Program-made: the position numbers and the translations under genes
DNA from: Lepidodermella squamata
Lineage: Eukaryota > Animalia > Gastrotricha
Assembly (NCBI GenBank): GCA_047495785.1
Contig: JBLDXI010000019.1
Location: 3,472,001-3,536,000 of the forward strand
Reading direction: 5' to 3'
Length of the DNA: 64,000 bases
Part shown: piece by piece, positions 13,415 through 26,300 of the stretch
How the letters are laid out: each line of letters begins with the position of its first letter
How positions within the stretch are numbered: the stretch's first letter is position 1
Notes under the pieces: model-generated
What the model was told of the DNA's origin: nothing
What the model saw: only the letters and a program-made list of their open reading frames with translations
Databases searched by the model: none

Positions 13415-15307
13415 TGCTTATATTAGTTTCGATTTTTCTACCAACAAATATGGAAGAAAAAATCGACGAAAGAAACCGTGGCCAAACAATCTTCGCCGTC
13501 TCACATTGATAAAATAGCCATCTATCACATAAATTAGCCATGAAAAATTGTTCAAGTTTCGATTACGAAATTAATAATATTTTTCTGGGATTTTTTCGAA
13601 ATAATTCGATGGAACCCTATTTTTAATGAAAATTAAAGAAAATGATGATGTTTTGGATTCACCCTGTAGGACTTCAAAAGGTTCAGCTTTAGGATTCCCA
13701 TTTCGAATTTAAGATCCGAAAAATTCGAGAAAATTCCTCGCCCCCTTTACGTTTTCATTAACCATTCTGTAGCCAGGCAAAAATGTGGAAAAGTGTTAAA
13801 AATAATGTAGAAATGTCCCCCTAACCAGCCGTTAAATTTGAAAAATTATTTCTATCATGGGAAACTTATCTTTGACCGATTTCAAACATGTCGTCCTTTT
13901 TCTTATATCAGGTCAAAAAAACAGGTATTCAGGTAAGTTTTCTCAGATTCGAAGCGAAGAAATGAAGTTCTAAATACTGCACTCAAATTAGGATAATCTC
14001 CTATATGCTACTTCAATATATAATTTTTTTCATTACGAGTAGTAAATTATTTTATCAACAACTATGTAGTGACTAAAAAAATTTCGCGCCAAATTAATGT
14101 TGTTAAAATATACGTAATATTTGCTGAGAAAAATAATTTACTATAAAACAGCTGAATTTTTATACGAAGAAAAAACATGATAATAATAATATTAGTTGCC
14201 TTATCTCGTAGTAAAAAGTATTATGAAGCAAAAAGGTGGATGATGAAGGCTATAAGAAAAATGTTTCACTCGAGCCGGCGAGGTCAGTGCTTTCAAATAT
14301 AATATTATATAACCCCAGCATACCGGCTGCTATATGTAAGAATGCCGCTTGTTTACCTGGCGATGCTGCTGATGGTGATGGTGGTGGAGGTGCTTGTTTA
14401 TACATCATTTATACAAGCGAGCGAGTAAAAAGCCCGGCTCATGATGCACCTAATACGGCCATCAGCAGCAGCAATATGTGTAGAGTATTTAGCTGTGCTG
14501 TGCGTGCGCGCGCTTAATGATACGCGCCACGTAGCCGCGCGAGTGACGAGTCGCTGTGTCACAAATTACTTACATCGTATGGCTAATTGAGGTCACTTGC
14601 TTATACGCATCAAAGTATCTCTAATTTATACTCATCGAAATAACCCAAATGATTAATTATTAAAATTTCGAAAAGTTAGGAAATTCAGCAAATCTGTTTT
14701 TAGGTAAAGGTAAAATTTGTGTGAGAGCTGAAATTCTTCCCGAAGGTCATTTTATAGGGATCGAATATTTGAGTCAATTCAAATTTTTTTTGTATGAAAA
14801 TTCGTCAAAGTTGGTTATAAAAATTCGTATTTGGTAGCTGCGTCCCTAGCATTGAAAAATTCATCACTTAGTAAACTCAACAGCATAGGCAATTAATTTT
14901 CCTAATTATCTTTTGAAGCTGTAGTAATTCATTTTTAATGGTGAAAATCGAAAAATCCTGAATATTAGTAAATGCGAATCCCTTTACACTTTACAAAATT
15001 TACGAGGCTGCGAGGTTCGGATCGAGCTTTAATTGAATGTTAAATTTGACAGCTCTCGAAGCGTTTTTATCGATTGACCTTCGTGGAGTTGAAATACCAG
15101 TTAAATTACGCTTTAATGCCGGAATAATACTTGGAAAGTAATGAAAAAGAAGACAAATACCTGCCAAATAAAATAATTAGGAATGAAAAATTATAAAAAA
15201 ATCTTTCAACGTTCAGGTCATTGTAATCTAAATTGGGGTTAGGGTTAGTGTTGGGTTCGGGTATATGAACGAATAGCCTAAAATGTGTCCATAAATATTC
15301 ACGAATA

Positions 15308-15719
15308 CCGTAATTTTCAGTATAAAGGCCGCTACCCGAATAAAGGCCGCAAAGTCACCCTTAAAAACCAACTTTTGATGTCAATAAAGGCCGCACTCGT
15401 TTAATCAACGCACGGTTCAAGCGATTAGCTCTCAGCGACCTTGAGCGACCCGCTGACATCCTTTATAGACTCCAGACACCCTCTCACGTATGCTAACAGA
15501 TTAAATTCACCTTAGGTGAGTCGGAAAGTGACCAAATATCATGTGATCCCTGTTTAATGCATAGCCTGCAAGCTAAGTTTTAGGGGAAATACCATGCTGC
15601 CTATTAAAATCGAAACTTGGGAAAAATAAGGGCCGCACTCGATTAATCGCCGCAATTTTGACCCATTTCTCGAAAAACAGGAAAATTACTCGCCGCGGCC
15701 TTTATACTGAAAATTACGG
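15308..15719. mobile_element. Tc2/pogo-like MITE (TA-CCGTA termini)
   Basis: TA-CCGTAATTTTCAGTATAAAGGCCGC ... GCGGCCTTTATACTGAAAATTACGG-TA, with internal AATAAAGGCCGCA repeats. Same family as 31153-31635. Confidence 0.85.
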
Positions 15720-16792
15720 TAGTTCAGTATGTACGATAGGGTCCTTACGATTTTCGAGTACAATTTCCTTTGAATAACCTTTTTAAACAGCCCTTTTCAG
15801 AATTTCTGGAATTTTCGAAAAAAATGAAAAAATCAAAGGAAAATGATTTTCGAAGCCCTAAAGTTGAAGATTGAAGAACATATTTTCTCATTGATATAAA
15901 GCGTAAAAATCAAAGGTGAAAATGGAATGTCAAAACGAGGCATATGAAACTGTTGCGGATGATGAAGTAATTTGTTGTTGTGTTGTTGTCATATAAACAG
16001 AAGCTAAGCCGTGTTGTACGGCACATAATAAGAATCATCTAATAATAATACAAAAGTTATATAAGAATGAGGCAATAATAATATAAATAACAATAATATC
16101 ATCCCGCCATGTCGTAAATGCCGACAGACGACAAACGACACTCGCAGCATCCTTTGTCGCGCTCATATTTGTGATAATGCGAGCGAGCGAGCTTATTACA
16201 GCCACGTATATTACTGCCGCGGAATATGTTTATAACAGCGAGCGCTGAAATATATGGCCCTTTCATCGCACTTCTGATAATTTAGTACACGCGAGAGGCT
16301 ATGATGTGGCAGTATGTAATAAAAGGTGGAGCGGGCCGCGACGAGATGCGCGGCCGCAAAAATGCGACATGAATGACACACCGAATTGCTTTTGTACCAC
16401 TGACAAGTAAATTAGGAGGTTTGACAATTTTTTACGTGATTAGAGATAAGCATAAATAAATTCAGCAAGATCTGCCAATTAATTTTGCATGCATCCTAAA
16501 TATTGTATTAATTATTGAAAAATTCGAAAAAATTACGAATATGTAATGAAATGTTAGTACTAGTATGCGTGTCGTCATTCAAGCAATTTCATAATTCATT
16601 AAAGTGAGGCTTAGCAATTAATGAATGACAACCAGCCATCTGAGCACGCACTCGGGAGAAAACAGCCGGCTGGGTGCATAATTGATGAGAAAATTATAGA
16701 AAAAATGCTGGAAAATATTAAAAAAAATAAAACTTTCCTATAGTTTTTGAAAAATTCGGGACGCAAACACGGTCATTTTTATTTCTATCTTA

Positions 16793-17253
16793 TCAAACGC
16801 AATGCCGATCAGAAGTAACGAGGTTCGGTTTGAAATATTCGATCGATTCGTCGGGGTCTAATTTTGGCTGCATGCCAATCACGTGATATGACCCATTTTG
16901 ACATCGAGCTACCATCAAGTGAAGATTTACTGGCAGATACCATGGCAAGTTGCTCCTTGCTATTACCTGATGGGAAACATTTCGAGACATTTTTTCGAAA
17001 TATTGAAAATCGAAATTTCTACTTTGAAGGTTGATAATTCGAAGCCGTTCGACATTTCTACAGCGGTCCGAAAATCGATTATTTCAACAACATCAAGAGG
17101 TATATTTTGGCCAGATGCGACGAGTTGCCGCCGAATTTCTTCAGCAAAATCAGCTTGGCTTACTATCGAAAAACTTTGCGCGATTGATGATAGAATGCGA
17201 CTAATAAAGGCAAAAATTAAACTTTGCAATAAAATTGAAGTTGAAAATTGCAT
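16793..17253 (-). CDS. Stefin (type-1 cystatin)-like protein with signal peptide and no QxVxG motif, 2 exons
   Basis: Exons 17253-17023 and 16966-16793 (56-nt GT-AG intron) give MQFSTSILLQSLIFAFISRILSSIAQS..QADFAEEIRRQL..VVEIIDFRTAVEMSNGFELSTFK|VIARS..LHLMV..VIGMQPKLDPDESIEYF..HCV*. Aligns by eye with cystatin B (QHIADQVRSQL..FKSQVVAG..FIK|VHV..VHLRV..YQTNKAKHDELTYF). Confidence 0.7.
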
Positions 17254-17372
17254 GATGAATGGAATTCTGTTTCGACGGGTCTGTGAACGAAAACCGACGC
17301 CTTTTCACGGTCGAACGAAACACCGCGAATTACCATTCAAAAATGAATGAAACAACGTGAAAGAAGCGCAAA

Positions 17373-19058
17373 ATGCAGCATCCCAAAATACACTCCATAC
17401 TCTTATCTAGAGAAAATAATTTTATTCTGAAATGTCCGCGATTTTTCACATTTTATTTGTTTCTGGGCATTGGAACCAACGCTGGAACCCAGGGTGACCT
17501 AGCCACCTGGTTATGCAAGGACGCCCTAGCCGGCTACAACGCTTGCCTAACCGCGAATCCGTTCGATCAACTGCAGTGTGTCACCCTGCTGCAGCCGTTC
17601 AACGACTGCGTGGCGAGGCGGCGGGCGGAAACGTGCGAAGATTTGCTTAGCAACTACACGACATGCGTCCTTAGCAACCGCCTGGGTAACACCGGACCGT
17701 TCTACGTGCCACCGCGGAATTCGCTCGAGTGCTTGGGCTTCGTGCAAAGCTACAACGATTGCGTACTGTGGTCGGCCGGTAATCGAGGCACGACGACTAG
17801 GGTGGCTACAACGCCTCAACCTGCAATTCTCAGTTCAACCTCCACAATCGCTGCTGTGACAGCAGCTACAGTTTCTCTACCAACAACAGTATCTACAACA
17901 ACGCCTGATACGTCGCTGTTTTGCGGGGTTAACAAGTACCTGTTACCTGGGGCTGAACCGCCCATTCGACCAAATGGAGATCGGTCAGTGATCGCGACCG
18001 GAGAATATCCGTGGCGAGTGAGTTAACAGCTTTCATCGAATACTTGTGAAAGATAATTGGGAAAGCTTCTCCTTGAGATTCTCCGGACTTACATTTCCGA
18101 GATTCTTAGATAGATTCTCTGAGATATTGTTCAGATTAATTACATCTACAAAATTTTCCCTTAAGCTATTTTTTGAAGCGTTCGTTTTCCCCGCTTCAGC
18201 CAGACTTCTACCAATGATTATTTTTTACTAATCTTCGTCTAATGATTCATTTTTTTTCATTTCAGGTTCGACTTTTATCACTAGCGAACAGGTTGAGCTG
18301 CGATGCCGTCGTAGTCGATCGCCAGTATCTTCTTACTACGTCACTGTGTGCATTCGGCCTATTGTCAAACGGCACAAATTCATCTGTACGGTGGGCTGCT
18401 ACTAATGCGGTGGCAATATTTGACGGCTACGACGGCTCATTGAGCGATTTGGCCCGTCTCACCATGGAACTCATCGGATTAGCTTTCCATCCTGAATTTT
18501 ACAACTCAAGGGGCCAAGCGAATGGAGCGAATACTTATGCTATGGCCAAGTTGATAAGTGAGTTCGAAAAGAAAATTTTAATGGCCAAATTGAGAAATTT
18601 CTTGGGGAAAAGCTTCGTTTTTTCTTGTATTTTTACTCTGCTTCGTAGGGCCCCTGACCTTGAGCGATTGGTCAACACAGCCAGTATGCCTCCCGGCTTC
18701 CTGTGAAGCGGACGTCTGCCAACCAGCATCCGGAGCCATTTTGATCGGCTCAAGCCAGCAACGCGATATTTCATCAACAATCGGCCCGTCAACGACTTGC
18801 CAGTCAGCATTTCCGACGCTGAAAGTTCCGTCTAACTGGACATGCGTCACTGGAACCAATGCAGATCGTTGTTCGCAGAACCTCAACATTATGATGTGTC
18901 TGACTGGCTCGACGGCTGCTGGGTCGGTTCTTCGCTCTAGGCATCAACTTGGCGGTCTGGCAGCTGGGCCTTGCAGTCGACAGTTGAACGGCGTTTCAGC
19001 CTACATCCGAGTCTGCTTCTATATGGATTGGATTGTGAATGTTGTTGTGAATGGCTGA
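17373..19058 (+). CDS. Trypsin-fold pseudoprotease with N-terminal tandem twin-CX9C region and Thr-rich linker, 3 exons
   Basis: Exons ~17373-18017, 18266-18557 and 18649-19058. Landmarks: CG..GEYPWRV..CDAVVVDRQYLLTTSLC..FHPEF..YAMAKL..QPVCLP..DRC..YIRVCFYMDWI. Catalytic His, Asp and Ser motifs are all altered. Start codon uncertain. Confidence 0.75.
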
Positions 19059-19329
19059 GAGACTCAGAAAATGAAGTCGGTGATGAATATTTTTCTAAGA
19101 GCTTATTAAAGGGGAAAAAATTATTATCGTGATTTCAGTAACAACTGAATCTCACACGTGACGCGCAAGCGGAGAAAGTGAAGTGAATAAGAAATTGCCG
19201 GTCATGAAGAACACAAGAATTACAATCGCACTGCTCGTTATAGATCACAGATAGCGAAAGCGATCACTGTGAAATGTAAATTGCAGATTTTCAAGCGAAA
19301 TTCAGTTATTGATGCAATGGATATTGTCG

Positions 19330-19991
19330 TTAAAAATCGGAAAGCCAGATGGTAGCCATCAGGACACTGAGAAGTGGTGTCGTATGAGCTGCGGAATTGC
19401 AATAGTCAGTCGAGCAGCACTTGACATCTCGCTATAGGAGAAATCGTAGAGGAGGTACTTAGTTTTGTTTAAAATGGCGATCACGCTATACTTACGCTCG
19501 CTTCGTAATCTTTGAAAACTTTGATAGCCTCCGAATACTGAGCATCCGGACAAAAGGGGCTGAACAAGTTGGAGAGAATAGCTGGGTTGCATTCTTGGGT
19601 TTTGTTGCAAGAGCGAGAAAGTGCACTTGCATCTGCTGACGGACCCATTGGTATGTCGCCTAGCATCGTCATCATATCCGAACAAGTTGTATCATTAATG
19701 CTTCGACCAATAGCTGAAGCAGTTTCTACGGCTTTATTCAAAACTTTATCGTAATTTGCTTGGGTCGTAACTTTCGCAGACTGTAAAAAGACTGGGAGCT
19801 GGAATTCATTGGTCAACAACTTGATGACTTACGTAGCAGAGCATATCTGCATCGGGACAAGTCTGTTTCGAAATTTCACTCGCTGAGCATGCGTATTTTC
19901 CGCCGCAAGAAAAGCATTGCAGAGCTGACCCGAGTTCGAACACTACCAAAGCATGAAATAAGTAAACAATGGTCAGTAAAAGTGAATTCAT
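19330..19991 (-). CDS. Ly6/uPAR (three-finger) GPI-anchored protein with helical inserts, 3 exons
   Basis: MNSLLLTIVYLFHALVVFELGSA-LQCFSC..C..C..CY|..|RDVKCCSTDYCN-SAAHTTPLLSVLMATIWLSDF*. LxCxxC start and CCxxDxCN end are LU-domain hallmarks; hydrophobic tail. Confidence 0.85.
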
Positions 19992-20536
19992 AGTTTGAAC
20001 TCAAAAACCTATTCGTCTAACGTTTTGAAATTATTGAACTGAACGTTGGCGGGGGAAGAGGGTGAACATAGTTTTATTGGATCCTATAAATCAATCAAAC
20101 CGCAGCTGCTGAACTGAATAAATAAACCAAAATAAAAGATTGTTTCCGATTTATCAAGGGATATTGCTTTGCCTCATATTGATATATGACGCGAATCCAG
20201 CTTTACAGGCTTTGCATGACGAGCAAGTTGCTGTACCGGGTCCACTCCTGAGCGCCAACATTACCTAGGTTCAGTCCGGAGCCGATGGATGGACAAGATC
20301 TCATATAGATACCTATATCGCCCATATCCCAATACAACTGAAACAAATTGAGGAGAAATCGAGTCGATGGAGTCGTAACGAAGACTTTTACCCTGAGACC
20401 CTTGCGGTGATACCACTGTGCTCAGTGGCAATAGTTGTGAAGATTCGGCAATTTTGATCATTTATAGAGGACGAACACGAATGATTTCAAACATCCCCGA
20501 GGGAATCCCAAAGGAATCGATAGCGCAAGGATAACG

Positions 20537-21198
20537 CAGTGGTTCTCAAACTTTTTCGCCGATCTGCAAGAAAAGTGGCACTTCAAGGGTCTCGCGTGCC
20601 ATTTCAAGATTTTTTAGCGAATGCCATAATAATTGTTCCCTGTTCGCTCTAATCTCTGTTACAAAATTGGGAATGTGTGGTGGTTTTGTTAAGAGTGGTT
20701 TTGTTCTGTTAAGACAGTTAGTTGTTTGAATTGATTTTCTATTGGTTATCCTAATTCCAGGGTGCGATCTTGGATCCTGGAGCTGCCAGGCATGGAAAGC
20801 ATTTTTTTACCCAGATGACTAGTAATTTCAAACAAAAACGAGCGAAGCGAGAAAATGTTGAACATTGTCTGCAGAAACGCGCTCAAAAACCCCTCAAAAT
20901 TGGCGAAACAGCTGGCTACTTTCTTGTCCTGTCTAGCAGAGACGGAGGAGATAAATCTCCCCTCACCTCTTGAAGTTACACACTGCACACTGCATAATGC
21001 ATTTGTGAGCTTTAGGTAAGTGGAATTCGGACAAATTAAACGAGCAAAGCGAGGAAATTTTTAGGAATTTTTCCCAAAAATACGCCCAAACACATCTTAA
21101 AATGGGAATGTGTTACTCTTCCAACTTCTTGGGACACACGCAATCAAAACCATCCGTGTGCCACGATTGGCACGCGTGCCAGGGTTTGAGAACCACTG
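20537..21198. mobile_element. hAT (Charlie-like) non-autonomous element containing a second hAT-MITE copy
   Basis: TIR CAGTGGTTCTCAAAC / GTTTGAGAACCACTG; 8-bp TSD GGATAACG/GGATAATG. Internal 20758-20985 is homologous to 6917-7164. Confidence 0.85.
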
Positions 21199-21832
21199 GG
21201 ATAATGCGATGTTCTAGTAATCGGCTGGAATTACCGCCGAAAAATTGTATACAGACAAGTTGGTTGATTTGAGACATTTTAAATTGTGTATGCTTTTTTC
21301 GGCGAGAAACGGAAATTACATGTAAGATTTGCAAGCACCTCTCCGACCAACCACGGTATGTTAGGAGTTAGGAGGTAAATTAACATACGATATTCCTTGC
21401 CGCTTGCCGCACCCATCCCGCACTCGACAACACTGTTAATGTCGCCAGTTAATTGAACACAAGAACAAAGACGTAGCTCAACTGATAACAAATACCAAAT
21501 ACCAATCTTTGATTTATCTGTACAAGGAAAAGTCGGCTATGCGCGATCAAAAATAATTTATACTTTATTAAAAATTCCCAGAGTAACTAGAAAGTTCGTT
21601 ACTGTAAAGATAGTGTTCATAAATTATGATTTCGATGATAGTGATAAGTTAGGATGAGCTAATTATCGGCGAATATTATTGAGTATTTATGCTGGCTTGC
21701 TGTATAAGGGCTGGGTGTTCCGGAATAATCATTTTTTATGTACAAAAAAACGCCTTTTGATTATAAAAATATGGCTTGAAAAAGATCTCACAGTCATTGA
21801 TTAGTGTCCGGTATAAACTGCAGCCAAAAACC

Positions 21833-22548
21833 TCAGTTGTACATCATCAAAAAAATTGCGGCGACTAGAATAAGGAAATCGGCGGAGAAAGTGATTGCTG
21901 AGCTCATCGTATTGCAGTTGTCTGTTGTGCAGCACTTCGGCAACGTCTACGAACACAAAAAAGCAGATATTGTGTAACGAAATCAATACGGGATCAATAG
22001 AAAAAACTTAGCTCAAATAAAGTGAAACATTGCACTTTTAAGCTTACGTTTGTTTCGTATTCAGTGAGATATTTGATCGCATCAGCGTAGGACGATGTCG
22101 GGCAATACGGCGATGTGGCATTGAGCACGCTGCCACCAACACACGATGACCTCGTCGCGCATGTGTAGGAGTTGCCTGTGCCTGTTGGCATGTCCATTTT
22201 CTGCATCGAATCGCTCATTGACTGCAGAAATGTTGAACACGTGGTATTCTTCAATCCATCACCTATGGATTTAGCTTTCGCTATAGCCTGGTCCATAGCA
22301 GCTTTCATTCCATTTTTATCCGGTGCCTTCCCGGCCTGCAAAAGGATAACGAATAGACAGGCAAAAGGTACCTGTTAACTACCTACCAAACAGACAACAT
22401 CGCTGCTACCAACAGAGCAAGTCACCTTGGAAGCATCCTTTTCCGCGCATATACCCGATGCCGAGGTGCACGTCAGGCATGATAGAGCTGAGCTAGGCTC
22501 AACATTAAGCGCAATCATTAACAAGAAATATGTAAAAAATCGTGACAT
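21833..22548 (-). CDS. Ly6/uPAR GPI-anchored protein paralog 2, 3 exons
   Basis: MSRFFTYFLLMIALNVEPSSA-LSCLTC..|AGKAPDKNG..YETN|TLPKCCTTDNCN-TMSSAITFSADFLILVAAIFLMMYN*. Same intron positions as 19330-19991. Confidence 0.88.
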
Positions 22549-23338
22549 TTCCTCAGCTCGTAGCAGTGAAGAGTTTTCGACGACAAAGGTCGAACCGCCT
22601 GGGGGAAACTGTTTAGTTCTAGCTTTCTTATTGAGCGGAAACGAAGGCAAGCCATGGCGACAAAAGGCGGCCTCATCAATTATTGATGATTGCACCACCA
22701 GGTATCGTTAATCCTTCAAAAGACAACGCGCGTGTGTGCAACTATGCGACGGGAGATACACAGGGTGATAAACAGCATTCAATTCAGCAATCGATCGACA
22801 TCCCTGAAAAGGATGATAGCTGCTACCTTTGTATTACCCGAGGCAGACTTGGCGGATATTCAAAATGTTTATTTTGCGCTATTCGTTTCTATTCTAGGAA
22901 AGTCGCCACCCATCGATATTTTATTCGGACTTCTACCAATGTTTTATTGAAGTTTCGCTGCCTTTATAGTCGAGTCTTTCTTTTGGCGATTTCTGGGTGG
23001 GAAATTGGGCCTGAACCGTGAAGCGGCTGTCGAGGGTTCTCGAACTTGCATGAGATCGCATCTAATGACAAATCGATAATGACCTCAAAATCAAAACCAA
23101 ATCATAATTTCGATAAATTCGAGCAAAGTGAGATTTTTATTGCGTAAAATTTTACATATTAAAAATAGAAACGATACCACAAAGGTTCACACGCATAAAA
23201 TTGGAAAATTAAATGCAACTAAAATAATACAGCGAAGCCAATGAATGTCAATATATCATGTCGAGCGAGTCAAACGGGCATCGAAAGTCTAAAGAGTTAT
23301 TTTATTTCATGATCGATAGGGTCTCCAGGAGGCCTAGC

Positions 23339-26300
23339 CTAAAATACGAGAACTTCTGCGATAACAAGTTGCATGTCACCGGTCTTATCAACGCTGACAT
23401 ATCGCCCGCTTAACGGAGGCGTGCAGTGGAAAGCGAGACCTTGGCCTGCGACTACGGGCGGCATCTGGTAACCGTTCCAGAAATCACAGACATCGTTAAG
23501 CGCTAGATTAGAACCAGCATTATCCCCAACTCGTATAGTCAGGCCAATGCTGGACGATGCAGAGTAGTCAACCCAGTCTGTGCCACTAGCCATGACGAGG
23601 ACGACCTTCGAGACCGAAGAGCGAATGCCCAGATCGACCTGGAACCAAGTGGGTCCAGTGAACGCCTGAGATCCAGTCGGAGTGAGAAAAGACCCATCTG
23701 TTAGTCCGGCATTGGTGTCAGCCGAAAAATTGGACGAAGTGACCTTTTGCAGCCAGGCGATGTTGGACGAGTTGTCGCTATTGCTCACCTCAACTTTGCA
23801 AACCACCATATCGTAACCATTCGTCTTCGACAAGAGGGTGACATACCGGCCTGACTTCGGTGGATAGCAAGGCACAGAGATCCTAGCATCGTAAGGAACG
23901 CTCTTGATATCATTTCCATCATTGCATTTGGGTAAAGCATCGGCATCTGTAGCTCCACCGGCTGGGACTGTGTCGGACACAGCAACTTGAAGTCCCTTAA
24001 TCGGAAAATCAGCCTCGTCGTAGCTGCAGCCCTTGAAACTGAACTTGCCAGCTGGTTGCGTGTTGAAATCGTCAACGTAGAGCCGAACAGCCCCAGCGAC
24101 CATATAAGGCTTCAAATAGTTTATTACTGGCGAGGTGTTTGGACCAGTTGATGGCCCATCGAATATTCGAATTCGAGATCCGTTGTGGCCAAATGTATAT
24201 GCCACCCATTTGCTGGACGAGCCTCCCAATCGGCTGGTCAAGTGGTACTTCGTGATGGCAGCTGTTGTCGTTGAATGAGCCTGAACCATGACGATGTTGA
24301 TGATCTTATTCTCATTGAAGTCAAGTTGAAAATATGGTTGCGGATCGCTTGGGAGTGACATCCAGTCATTGGTGTTTCCAATATTAGCTTGTTGTAAACT
24401 GCCGCTCGAGGTATTCCAGCTCGAAGCAGAAGCAACGGCACTCCCATCGAAGAGCTCGATGTTGCAGAATTGCTCTATCGGAATCGAAGCTTACAAGTGA
24501 ACATGACAACAAAGTCATATACTCACGCGCGCAACCTCGGACCAGAAACTTCAAACAGATGGTGTTGCTCCACGTTTGAGGATAAATTTGCAAATATCGT
24601 GCAACAATGTAAGGCCTAAGAAAATTCCACTGCAGACTCGTCGCATCGCTGTTTCCAGTAAATATCTGTCAAAGAAGCTTTAAGTCACGTTTTATCAGGG
24701 CACGACTTTCAGGCTTACTTTGATTACCCCGGGTTGAACCCGACTTGTGTAACTTCTGTAGCTGTAGCCTTGAGTGCTCATTTGCAAACGGAAACTAGAA
24801 ACATAACAATTCCCCGCAGAGTCCCCGGCGGTAGCTATTGAGTGAACGATCATCTGCTCGCCAAAGTCTAGCTGAATGTACTGAGCAGCCGACAGGGTAG
24901 AAGGAGTCCAACTGCAGGCGAGGGAGCCTCGAATATCAGTAGCATTGGGGCAGGCGGCCATGGCTGAGCTGTTTGAGCTGTATGACCACACTGCATTCGA
25001 CGTCAAGTCATTCTCGCAAACGTGGCCCTCAACTAATGAATCATTAGATACTGATTGCGAATCTCACACATTTTGAAGTACTCACGAATGTTGGGCGTTG
25101 GAATGGACGTTGCTAGCTCCATTGCAAGGTATTGATCTATTAAGGCCTTATAGACAAAAAACCAAGCCATCGGGCCTTCAAAACGCATGCTATGGAATGG
25201 ATCCTATTGAGAATAAATCATTTCTCTGGTATTTCACGTCTCAATTTCTTATATTCTTACCACTCCGAGGTACATTATATCCGTAGCATCAGGTACGCAG
25301 TCCGGCATACTGCTCATTGCGCTTCGAGTCCCGTCACGATACGTCGTCAGTTTGCTGTTTCCTGCCGTGAAATCAGCGGCCATCAAAAAGTGCTCCCATA
25401 CATTGTAATTCATGCCCGTCTGGTACAGAGTGTTCCATCCAGAACAAGCTAGCGTGTATTCAGTTCTGTTGGTAGACGTTAACAAACGAATCGTGTGTCT
25501 CGGCGATGTGGAGGCGTACATAGCAACAAGAGCACTTCCAGTACTTGTTGATATATTCGGAAAGGTGAGAGCAAATAAACCGACGGCGTAAGGAGGAATA
25601 GGAGCCGTAGTGAGGTTTGCTGAAGGGTTGACCGATGATGTGTAATTGATCGCCTGGAGATTTGACGAGGTACCAGTGTAGGAAAAGCGATAGTTATTGG
25701 TTTCGCCCGATGCCCAAGGGAAAGATGCACCAGCGGTTGAGGGACCGTTTAATGAGAACCAGGGTGTCATATCGTCGACTGAGCTGAGACCCATGCTGAA
25801 ATCGAGAGGAGCTACCACTGACGCTTTCATGTCACCCGCCGATGTTAGAGGACACCGCTTGACTGAATGTATCTGTCTCCGAGTCAAAGCGGTTTGGTAA
25901 AACTGCAAACAAGCGTAAGCTGCTCCTGCGCTTCCGGGGCCTCCAACTCTGAAATAGTTTTGAACAGTGTCCAAACCAACTCCGGGGCAGTTCACTGCAA
26001 AAGTATCGATTTTCTCTCCCTCCTGGACAAGGGAAATTGTCGAGCTTGAGTAATCGTAGACAAAGCCAACGTAGCTCCAACGGTTCAGAGGGAATCTTCG
26101 CGTTGATGGGTAAGTTCTGTACGTAGAGTTGCCTCGACAGGCAAAGTATGTGACCAAGGTTTGCTGTGGAGATATTCCCAAGGCGACTTTCGGGCTACCC
26201 GATGATGAATCATCATACCATCCAAGCAGCCACTGACCAAGCCCAGTCGGTTTTATGTGAACCAACATGGTCATTGACCAGGGATACGCAATTCCAGCTG

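Noticed and set aside
16898-17350. 150-aa plus-strand ORF
   Set aside because: Antisense to the better-supported spliced stefin-like gene; no recognisable motifs.
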